Positions 28,400 through 64,000 of a stretch of DNA of 64,000 nucleotides are shown here, piece after piece. A model generated the notes under the pieces. It saw only the letters and a list, made by a program, of their open reading frames with translations, did not search any database and had not been told where the DNA came from. The first letter of the stretch is position 1; every line of letters starts with the position of its first letter. A program made the position numbers and the translations under genes. This stretch comes from Chrysomallon squamiferum (taxonomy: Eukaryota; Animalia; Mollusca): the NCBI GenBank assembly GCA_012295275.1, contig CM022678.1, positions 3,472,001 to 3,536,000 on the forward strand, given 5' to 3'.

Positions 28400-29270
28400 T
28401 TGCAATACAGTAAGTTTGTTAATAATGGCATTGGTAGGTTTGTGGGAGTTCAGAAGAACAGCAGATTCTGTAATCATTGGTAGAGGAAGGGAGGAGAAAA
28501 GAACAGCAAACATCAGTAACAAGTATTAATTTTTAGGCAAATTTGTTCTTAACAGGGAGGGAAAAAAGAACAGGAAAAACATATAACGGGCGTGTTTTAA
28601 AAACCAGAAAAGTAATTGATGAAGAGGGAGGTTAAATAAACAGCCAATTACTGACTGAACAAAGATGTCAGTTTTAAAAGGAGACATTCATCAGGTAAAC
28701 AGGATGATAAAAATAATTATTTATACACCGGCATTATTTGGCAGCATGGGAACAGAACAGCAAGGCAGTGACAGTATATTTTTTAATTTGTACCTAACAG
28801 CATGGAAAATTAAACCAGTCAGTTCTGAGGCAGTAACATACAAAAAAAAAAAAAAAAAAAAAAAAATCCTGATATGATCAAAATGTGGTTACCAATCAGG
28901 AATGTGTGATGAAATGAAAAAAAACAACAAAAAAAAAAAAAAAAAAATCCATTAACATTACATATTTGAGGATTTAACACAGGACAATAATGGAACAGCA
29001 ATATACTTATACGAGGGTGGAAAACCTAAAAGCATGGCAACGACGTTGGATAAAGATACTTATCAACAGAGGGAGGTAACTGAAACAGTAAAGCAGTGAC
29101 ACTAGTAACAGATACCTATCAACAGAGAGGGGGAAGGTATCTGGAACAACCAAAAAAAAAAAAAAAAATGTTAGTGGGAGGATGAAAGAAGAGCATGGTA
29201 TCTGGAACAACCAAAACAAAAAAATAAAAAGATTTAGTGGGAGGAGAAAAGAAGAGCAATACACTGTTAA
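28400..29270. repeat. Decayed ~55-65-bp minisatellite in the probable CAND1 3' UTR
   Basis: Recurrent aacag(a)gggagg...aa(g)aacagcaa...agtaaca motif at roughly 60-bp spacing with high divergence. Confidence 0.6.
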
Positions 29271-29403
29271 CAGTTGTTTTGGATTGAGTTTTCTGTTTGT
29301 GCCTTGTAATGCACCGTTACTTTAAAATGTCGGTATTCAGCACACGTGAACAAGCTCGTGTTGTAAATGTTTATTAAAGAGTCTGCTAGTGGGGGAGGTG
29401 CTT

Positions 29404-54188
<24,785 letters not shown>

Positions 54189-54289
54189 TTTTCTGGCTAT
54201 AACACAACAAACTACCTAAAGGAAATAATGTTGTTATGTGTTATGAGCCTGGCACTTGCAAAATTCTGATGTCAAATCGCTATTTTTAT

Positions 54290-54400
54290 GCAAAACTTCA
54301 AAAGTCATGCATACGGAAGTAAGCAACCAGCCGTCATGCGCAGACGTAGTGACTTGTATCGATTAATTGACCATCCGGTTTGTCGAATGACTAGAAAGGA
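54290..54400 (-). promoter_or_regulatory. Probable CAND1 core promoter
   Basis: CGGAAGT (ETS/GABP-type, 54314-54320) and TGCGCA (NRF1-like, 54337-54342) about 130-150 bp upstream of the ATG, in a CpG-enriched stretch. Confidence 0.55.
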
Positions 54401-55387
54401 CCGAAAAGTTGTCAAAATTAAGACTTACATATACCACTGTCTAAAACTCGTTTTAAATTAATTCTTCCCATGCAGTATGCCGTTTTGAATTTCAGTTAAT
54501 TTCTAATTCATATGAGTTCGCAATATCAATGAAAACGATTCCAGTGAAATCTGTTTAATTACGTTCACGACAAAAATTTATTGTCAGAATAAAATAAAAA
54601 AAAACATAAAAAAATTAAAATCGAATGATGCATTCCAGAGTTAACCAAATGAAACGAAAATTTCAGTACTTAAGAGAACTGGCAAGCTTGCTAGGCATTA
54701 TCAATAAATGATTATTGATTAATAGCTATACTGTTTAATAAAAACATACTTTAAAGTCTATATGTGAACGATTGTATGTTTTTCTGTTTCTCTGTGAGCA
54801 TGCATGTATGTACTTCTATGGGACTGATTCTTTTATTATCATTACTTCCCGAAGATAGAGACTACTAACGATTTCAAAACTAAAAGGCAAAGTGGACCGC
54901 GATTGTAAACTTATTCAATTCTGAAATCAGTTGAATTCCTTTATATGCGGGTGCGAAAAAGTGTTAATGTTATAGTAACCACACATTTCAGTCACTGCTA
55001 CTTATGTTGCAATGTGTTTAAACATTGTTTAATTGTTTTATTGTGAATTTAACCAAGTCTATATGAACTGAATTATGGGTGATAACTCTTCTCAGGTCCA
55101 GTAAAAATATTGTTATCTTTGACTAAAAGCACTAAACAATTATTTAAAAAATAAAAAATAAAATAAAATTAATATTATTATTGTTGTTGTTGTTATTATT
55201 ATTATTTTAACTTTTATTTATTTTCTAAATGTAATTGTGGCGATATACACAAACAGCTAAATTCATTTTATTTATTTCCAATAGCTGGCAGCCAGTCTTT
55301 GCTAATAATAAAATACGGTAGTAAAAAGAACGCATTAAAGTACCATATCTTCTCTTTGATCTCTTTTATATTTCCTACACTGGAGAT

Positions 55388-55390
<3 letters not shown>

Positions 55391-55479
<89 letters not shown>
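55391..55479. repeat. (GA)n microsatellite
   Basis: Direct observation; further GA/CT tracts at 57245-57315 and 58919-58981. Confidence 0.95.
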
Positions 55480-55481
<2 letters not shown>

Positions 55482-56822
55482 ATCAATATTTTCATTCATA
55501 TAAGAAAACAATTAATTAATGTGTTGACTGATCGAGCGTCAAAGTGTACATTTTTACTATAAATAAAAGATCCATACACATAACCAAGAAATCAATTTCA
55601 ATAAATCGTAGATTAGTGATGACAATTAGTCGTTTCCTTTTTTTAAATTTTTAAACTTTTTTCAATTATTTTTAATTTTGAATGTAATTTTTTTTTTTTT
55701 TTTTAACATTCACTGACACCCGTCATAGCTGAATCTATGTACCTAAATACACACACCCACATAACCACACTCCCTAATGCATTTTTGTTTTTCACTAATA
55801 AATGTTTTGACCAGTTTGAAAATAAGATAATTGTGCCTAATAAAATTATGATATATATATATATATTTAGGCACAAAACAAATATTTTCCATTTAATATT
55901 TATTTATCATCATCATCATCATTATTATTATTTATTTTTTTTTTTTTTTAAAGAAAAAACAAAACGCAATAAAAGTATCAATAAATAAATAAATAATAAT
56001 AATAATAAAAATAATAAAAGAAAAATATATATGGCGGTGTTCTTATATATGTATGTATTTTCAAATACTTTTATAATGAAGTAGTATTATGATAAAAGAC
56101 TGAACAAAGTATTAGTGCGACAGACTGTCTTTAAGATATTAGGTCTTAACACTGAAAAGGTACTCATCAATAATAATAATAATAATAATAAAAAACCCTA
56201 AATTTTCTTCTTTCTTTCTTTCTTTCGTTGTTATATCATAAATGGGGGTGAAAAAGGGGAGTGGAAGATAAGGAAACAAATACTGTTGGCAACTTAAATA
56301 CACAAAAGAAGAAAAAGGAACAATCTGTGTGGCGTATTAGTTACACTCAGTAAACATTCAAATTTTAAGAAATCTTTTTTTAATGACTGTTTTATCTCTA
56401 ACAACAATTGTGTAAAGTAAACGAAGGAGAAAAGCATGGGCAATTTTCTTTGTTCCTTTATTTCGTTCAATGACTGAATAAAGTAATCGTGGATAATATT
56501 CTTTAAATAAATGGCGTAAAGATCACGTCAAATCCAGGGATATAACATTTCTTATTTTTAATTTTGATGTGGTTCTGTTTGTCTTGTTGAGTGGTGAGAT
56601 AAATTTTGATAAATGGAAGTTTGGTTCATGTTGATACTGGTTTAGAGTGGGAGGGAAAAAAAAACATAACAGAACGGGAAGACCGAAAATAAAAATAAAA
56701 AAATAAATAAACAGTTAAAAAAAAAAGCAAAATAAAAAGCGGAATGCTGGACAGCTATATATTCAGTGATTATCTCAAAAAAAATAAATAATAAAATGCA
56801 TTTCTATTTTTGTACTTCAGGT

Positions 56823-56862
<40 letters not shown>

Positions 56863-57240
56863 CGTGTTAGGTATTTATTATCGACTAAAGACTACGAAAC
56901 TAACAATTTAAAACACGTTTTGGCTTTGGGCAAAGTGTTCCGTGATTGTAAACTTATTCACTTCTGTAATCAATTGAATTCCTTTATACGCGGGTGCAGG
57001 CAGACGTAGAATAACAGTTGTTTAATGACATTATTTTATTTATTTATTTAACAAGAAATGCTATAGTACTAGGGTCGATCGTTTAATGCATATATATATA
57101 TATATATATGAATCGTCCATTAACATAATAAATGTGGACGTTAACGATAGTTATACAGAAGAAAAAAATAACAAACAAGAAAAAGCTTTAGATATTTGTT
57201 GAACAATCTAAACAAGATTTCTTTTTTTTAACCTTTGTAC

Positions 57241-57318
<78 letters not shown>

Positions 57319-57404
57319 AACCCGAAATAAATAAGAAATAAGTTTGGATCATTATAAAGTTTATATATTTATAACAACAACAACAGCTATTATTATTATT
57401 ATTA

Positions 57405-58914
57405 TTATTATTTGTTTTAATGTAATATTTATTTGAATGACGTTTGAATAAAAATTAAATTAAATTAGAGAAAGCAAACCTTTTTCTGTCCTGGGACTAC
57501 TAAAGTGTTAACATTCAGCACCACATAAGGATTAAAATGCGCGAAGGTGTGGCAACTATTGTTTTAAAATAATTCCAAACATTTTGTCATATTTTTTCAT
57601 TTTATTCAGCTGCATAATTAAAGTTTCCTTGCAAATTGTTTTCATTAATATTTCCAGTAAAAGGTTCGTTTAAGAAATTTTTTAAATACTATAATAAAAT
57701 GAAAAGAAATTCATGTCCAGGCCATTTAATAACAAGGTCGTGTATGGCGTAAAACTGATTTCCTTGGTTTCCGCTTTGTTTGGGAGTTAAATATCAATAT
57801 GACGTCAATAGTAGAAAAAACGTCACTCTTTGTTCTCTAAGTAACTGAAAGGTCACGGAATAGACTGGAATCTCGGGTTACGAACTTAATTCGTTCCAGT
57901 ACTCGGTTCGTAAAACGAATTGTACATAAACCGGAAACGATGACAGACACACGAACGCCACTTTCATGTTTTGCAATTGTTTCTTTTTAACCTCTACTGT
58001 GATACGTTCACATTTTCCACCAGAATTATCGCTTTCACTTTTTGTTTTCTTGGGCGCTACATTGATAGAGCATAGTTAAAAAAAATACACATAAAACCAG
58101 CAACACTTTAAAAATTGCAAGCGCACAATCTCACTGCAAAAGCTACTGAACTGCAACTGCGTATCGGAGACTAAAGGCCCTAATTCATGATATATATTTG
58201 CTTTAGGACGTAACAATAACACTTACTTTGACCTCGGTTTTGACGTAAGCATCTATTCTTATCTTTACTAGATGCTGACGTCAAAACCGACGTCAAAAGA
58301 AAGCTTGTCATGGCGCGTCGCTGTAGTTCGTAACTCGGGACACTATTCGTAAAACCGAGACAAACATTTCTCAAGATCACGGTTCGTAATCCGATTTGTT
58401 TATGCTTCGAGGCATTCGTAACCCGGGTTTAAATAATCTTTCAGATTAGTTAATTAATATGGTATCAAGAGTCAGCGATTCAAAAGTAACTGTGTAATTA
58501 AGTAAATTAATGTGTGATTGTTGAATCGGAAATGAATTTTTTGAACTGGCATTTTATCAAACATCAAATGAAAGTTTTAATTACTCTAATATAGATGACC
58601 TTTCATCCTATTTATTTATGAATCTTGACTCACTCTTCTAAATTTAATTTGTTGAATTCAATGATTATTCATAATTGTGAACGACATAAAACAATTTGCT
58701 TTTGTTGTTAATAAATAAGTAAACCCAATAAGAATAATTAGAAAGGTGAATGGAGAGAGTGTTTAAAGACTGACTGAATATAAACATTAATTAGCGCACA
58801 ACATAAATACACAAACAGACAGATTTACAGCAATACAGAAAGAAAAAGAAGAAGAAACGAGAATAATAAAGAAAAAATTAGAAGAAAAAAGAAGAAATAA
58901 TAAAGGAAAATAAG

Positions 58915-58983
<69 letters not shown>

Positions 58984-59033
58984 GAATCATTTGCAAGAAA
59001 TAAAATTAATTTTTGAAATCATCTGTTAGCTTT

Positions 59034-59040
<7 letters not shown>
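57405..59040. repeat. Dispersed ~1-kb repeat, copy B (inverted relative to 25700-26710), interrupted by two insertions
   Basis: Colinear reverse-complement blocks at 57405-57582, 57730-57857 and 58435-59040; 57583-57728 and ~57860-58430 have no counterpart in copy A. Confidence 0.9.
57858..58430. mobile_element. Non-autonomous DNA-transposon/MITE-like insertion (~570 bp)
   Basis: Imperfect terminal inverted repeats aatctcgggttacgaa (57869-57884) and ttcgtaacccgggttt (58415-58430), an inner inverted copy at 58323-58348, and repeated GGTTCGTAA motifs. CpG-rich, non-coding and absent from paralogous copy A. No clear TSD. Confidence 0.6.
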
Positions 59041-59067
<27 letters not shown>

Positions 59068-59993
59068 CATTATTATTGATTTATTTTATTTTATTTTATT
59101 TTATTTTATTTTATTTTTCACGAAAAACCAAAACGCAATAAAATTAGCAACTAATAATAAAAATATGACAGTTCTCTTGCGTGCAACTGTACTTTTCCAG
59201 CGATAATTTTGTTATCATAAAAAGGAAAGAAAAAAAAAAAAAATAAAAAAAAAAATAAAAAAAATAAGAAACAACAACAACAAAAAAAAACCCACGAACA
59301 AACAAACAGGGGGGGAAAGGGGGGGGAGGAATACGTTTTGAATTCAAAAAACATAAAAGAAGAATAAGAAACCATCTTTTATTGACAGAATATAACGTAT
59401 TAAATACACAAGCTTTAAGAAATATGTTTTAATGATAATGGTTGTCCCTGAAAGTAGTTCGTGTAAAATGAATAGCGCAGAAAAGCATTAAAACACCGAA
59501 TAAATTACCACACATGAATAATAATTTTCTTCAAATAAAATGCGCAACGATTACATTTAGGATAAAACGTTTCTGATTTTGAAGTTCATAAGTACTGAGA
59601 TACATTTTGAAGTTAGATTCATGTTGAAGAAGAATTAGGGTCGGAGGAAAAAAGAACCAGAAAACAGGAAAAATAAACAAATATTTAAAAGAAAAAAAGA
59701 GAAAATCTGAACAACTGTTTTATTCAGTGATTGTCTATAATTTTCGTGTTTTAAATTTTCATTTCGTTCGTGCTGGAAATTATTATTTTTAACTGTTCTA
59801 AGCGATTTGAAGTCTTACAAATAATTCTTAGAGGGGACACAGAATTGTGTAAGTATTTTTAGCTGTTATTATTCATTAAAATATTTTCTAATATCGGAAA
59901 AGATAAAATGTGTGTATTTAAAAACAAATAAATAAATAAATAAAATAAAATATGAAAAGACAAAATGTTTCGTAATCTTTCACCATAAAAAAA

Positions 59994-60036
<43 letters not shown>

Positions 60037-60365
60037 AAATAAATAAAATAAAATAAAATAAAATCCACAATTAACGACATAGATTAGTGGGTTAATAAAT
60101 AAATATATATATAAATAAATAAATAAATAAATAAATACAAAAACAAACATATTAACTTATATACCAAAATCTAAATATATGAAAAAAAGGCAGAGAAAAT
60201 TAAACAGATGAAGAAACATGAAAGAACGAATAAATAAATAAATCTTCAAATAATTTCTTAGATTTCGTTCTTCTTTATTCAACTGATTATTTAAATTTTA
60301 TGATATTTATTTTTTTAAATTATTAATATTATTGTTGTTGTTTTGTTATTATTATTATTATTATA

Positions 60366-60447
<82 letters not shown>

Positions 60448-60755
60448 TTAAATATTAATTTTTATTATCTTACCTGATTCCTGGTTCTTTTATTTGTAAT
60501 AAAATATTATTGTTCTTTTTTAATTTTTAATTTTTGCGTTGTTGTTTGTTTGTTTGTTTGTGTTACCTTTGCCAGAAAATTATGCATACAAAAATACAAT
60601 TGTAATACTAGAATTTTATATTTTTATTTAAATAACGCTGTAAATCATTGAAAAAAAAATAAACTTTTATTTGTAGAATTTTATATGGTCATTAATGAAA
60701 AAATTAATTTCGTTTTACAAAAAACTATAGTACAATAGTATTTCAATAAATACAT

Positions 60756-60794
<39 letters not shown>

Positions 60795-60810
60795 TTGCAG
60801 AATCTTTAGA

Positions 60811-62072
60811 ATGGGAAGTTTCGAATCAAAAAAATTAAAAAGAAAATTGATTCCTCTCTTCATAGTATTTTCGCTTCTTTATTTAACTGTTAAAATTTAC
60901 ATGATATTATATTTCACCTCAAAACGTGAAAACGAGGTAAAATATCTGAAAGAAAGGAAAATTTCTGCATTCGCTGAAAAAAGGAAGAAAATTAGCGAAA
61001 TATTTTTTCTCCGAACAACAATGTCGGCTTTACTTATTCAAAATATAATTTCACTGGAAACGGTTCGTTGCAAAGCAACCAGTCTAACAATGACAGTATT
61101 AGCATTTCCTCTCCCGGCAACCGGACGCTAGTTATATCAGCCCTTCCGGTTCCGGCTGCGTTCTCTGAATCGACTTTTTATGGAAATCGAGGTCTGTTGA
61201 AATACAAGTGGTATTTTACACCAAAAAAAGAAAAAGTGTCTCCTTTAAACTACTCGTTTTTGGACGGATCTGCAAACGCATGCGCGTCAGAAGAACGTCA
61301 TCAACTGATTATCCTGATTATGTCATTGCACAACATGACGTCACAAAGACAGGCAATTCGCGACACTTGGGGTAGCGTTTCTAGGCTGCGTACGTGGCCT
61401 GGCTCACGTGACCTATTTTACATCAAGCTCTTGTTTCTGCTTGGCGTCAGCAGATCTGAAGTTTTGAACACCGCCGTCAGGTGGGAAGGGAAGGAAAACG
61501 GAGATTTGATCATAGCGGATTTTCTCGACACTTACTACAATTTGTCTCTCAAAGTTCTTATCGGCTTCAAATGGATCAAGATGTTTTGTCCAGCTGCTAG
61601 ATATGTTATGAAAATCGACGAAGACACATATGTCAACATTCCGATGATTGCAAAAGTTATCGAATCTCAAACCTGGGACAATAAAATATACGGGCCTTTC
61701 TTTTATTCGGATCGCGTAGCCAGACAAGGAAAGCACAGGCTGTCAAAAGAATTTTACCCTCCAGATGTTTATCCTCCACACGTGAAGGGTAACTTGTACT
61801 TCATGCAGACTACAGTAGCGTTTAATATCCTCACAGTCTCCGAATACATGCCATATAATTTTATAGAGGACGTGTACATTACGGGCATACTGGCTAAAAC
61901 GCTTAACGTACAACATACGGCCTTGACCCTTGATCTGTATGACCTACATTCACCAGCCAGGTCTTGCGACCTAGTCACGGGAAAGAAAATGGTCTCACAG
62001 CAGATCTTCCGTGAAACTTTCTACGACATTTGGAGCAAAGCTGAAAACATTTCTCTTTGTTCATCTGTCTGA
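60811..62072 (+). CDS. GT31-family beta-1,3-galactosyltransferase-like type II Golgi membrane protein (~420 aa if a 1-nt deletion at 61003-61008 is corrected)
   Basis: Acceptor ttgcag|60801 just before ATG 60811. N-terminal basic tail plus transmembrane segment (KRKLIPLFIVFSLLYLTVKIYMILYF) and a sequon-rich stem. GT31 motifs RQAIRDTWG, LFLLG, DLIIADFLDTYYNLSLKV, YVMKIDEDTYVN (DxD), YPPHVKGNLY and EDVYITGILA. Confidence 0.9.
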
Positions 62073-62532
62073 TTTATTCCCGTTCTGATTTTTCTATCTA
62101 TTTTAGAGGTAGTGGATATTGTTCCTGCAGTTTAAATTTGTACCTAGTTAGACGGTTTTTTTTTACTTAATATTTTGCTCCAGTTTTATGTTTTGCTAAT
62201 AATATGATTTTAAAGATATATTTGAAAAACAAAATGTCTACGCTCTGACTGACTTCTCATATCAACTCATTTTTGTGAAGCTTTTTTTTTACCGACCTCA
62301 GTCGTCTGATGTCTTAGGTTTATCAGCTTCTAGTGGTATGAAGAATTTTTGTAAATCTGCTTACGTAACATGTTTGGTTCGATGACGTCATATTCGGTCA
62401 AAACATTTTCTACAAAGACTTAATGATTTTGTTGGATTGAAAAGTTTAGTAAGGAACAAAAACGGAAAGGCCTATTTTTATTTGTATCCTATGACTAAGA
62501 ATTAATTGGAAATAATAATAATAATAATAATA

Positions 62533-62574
<42 letters not shown>

Positions 62575-63441
62575 AAATTTATAAAAAGGAAACAAAGAAA
62601 AAACAGAAAAAAGAAGAAGAAAGAAGTATCTTAAACGTATATAAATGCTTCTGTCCTACTCGATTGATGTTGGCTGTTCAAAAACGGGAGATCGAAAAAT
62701 GAATTCATCTTTACTTCCACTGCAGAAATGACGAATACTGTTTACCGCTCAAACTGACTGTGATAATTATATTTAATCGTTTACCTTCAGTAAATTATTT
62801 ATTCATTAAAAATATTTCATTGCCACTACTACTACAACCACCGTCACCAACGCTACTACTACAACTACTTCTACTACAATTATTATTATTTGCAGTAGCA
62901 GTAGTAGTTGTAGTTGTAGTTGTAGTTGTAGTTGTAGTTGTTGTAATAGTAATAGTAGTAGAAGTAGGAGGAGTAGTTGCAGTATTCTAAAACATTAGTT
63001 ACGTGGACCGAATGGCCATTTAGCCATTATATTTGAAATATAACTACGTAACTGTAGCAACAATATAATGTGACGTCATAACAATAGTGTGACGTAACTA
63101 CAGTGGATAGAGGTAATGAATAACACATCTTTTTCCTTCTCTTTTCTTCATTATTTCTTTTCTTACTGTTTTATTTATTGTATTTACTTAATTATTTAAA
63201 ATAATAATAATAATAATAATAAAATACAGACAGCGCGTATTCACCGACAAGAACCATAAACTTGCGATCTTACCGAGCAAACTTTTCGACACTAATAAAA
63301 CATATATTGATTCGATGTAGATTTAAACAGAACGATTATCACACATATTTTATGTATTGTGTAGGATGTATTTTCACCCAGGCTTACACAAATATATATA
63401 TATATATATTCTTCGTCATTTTTATTATTATTATTATTATT

Positions 63442-63476
<35 letters not shown>

Positions 63477-64000
63477 ATTAGTCTATTTCTATTTTTGTTA
63501 TTATTATTATTACGATTATTATTTTATTATTATTATTTATTTCTTTTTAAATTTTTAAATTTTTTATTTTTATTTATTTATTTTTTTTTTTTTAAATCAG
63601 TCATAAGTACATTTAACGCATTTGTCTGTGAAATATCTTATTTATGTATCATTTCTTTATTCTCTTGATTCTCGTTTTCGCGGACCTAGGTGTTCTGGTT
63701 TACGGACCAAATCTAGTAAAATCACTAAATTTTTAACTTAGCGCCATTTTCCACTTGAAACATACATCTAAGTCCTATAAAGTTATTCTGAGCCACACCA
63801 TACGACTACAGAAACCTCTCTCAATCCACTTTCCATCAGGTAAGATTTACAACTGCACCCGTAAACATCTTAACCTAACCAAATTCACCCAGCTTTGCCT
63901 ACATTTTTCTACTGTACATTTTTCTTTACGTATACTGCATGTCATTAGATAGTACTGTTTTTATGTCTGTATATTGTTCTTATATTATAATCTTACTACA

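Noticed and set aside
61000-61010. Programmed -1 ribosomal frameshift in the GT31 gene
   Set aside because: A_TTT_TTT is not a canonical X_XXY_YYZ heptamer, no clear stimulatory structure is visible, and similar indels in neighbouring genes point to assembly error.
61413-61978. Antisense ORFs (107 aa and 69 aa) inside the GT31 gene
   Set aside because: Shadow ORFs of the coding strand with no recognisable motifs.
63670-63960. Possible transposon fragment (taacctaacc motif, higher GC) at the window end
   Set aside because: No termini, second copy or coding similarity visible within the window.

Overview
AT-rich, microsatellite-dense eukaryotic genomic DNA, probably from an invertebrate such as a mollusc (inference). 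It contains four protein-coding genes: the last two exons of RPL30 (+), a ~20-exon lysine-specific demethylase KDM1B/LSD2 (-), a 33-exon CAND1 (-), and a single-coding-exon GT31 beta-1,3-glycosyltransferase (+). The most striking unexplained pattern is that about 14 exon-intron junctions of KDM1B and CAND1 coincide with local tandem duplications. These range from single decayed echoes to a 1.2-kb and a 4.3-kb minisatellite whose units contain the exon's last codons plus the 5' splice site. They create arrays of decoy donors and, in CAND1, candidate frame-preserving 36-nt microexons. CAND1 is also bracketed by a diverged ~1-kb inverted repeat carrying CRE motifs, and one copy holds a MITE-like insertion. 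Six otherwise well-conserved exons have frame disruptions, most likely assembly errors. All coordinates and translations were derived by eye; no database search was run.
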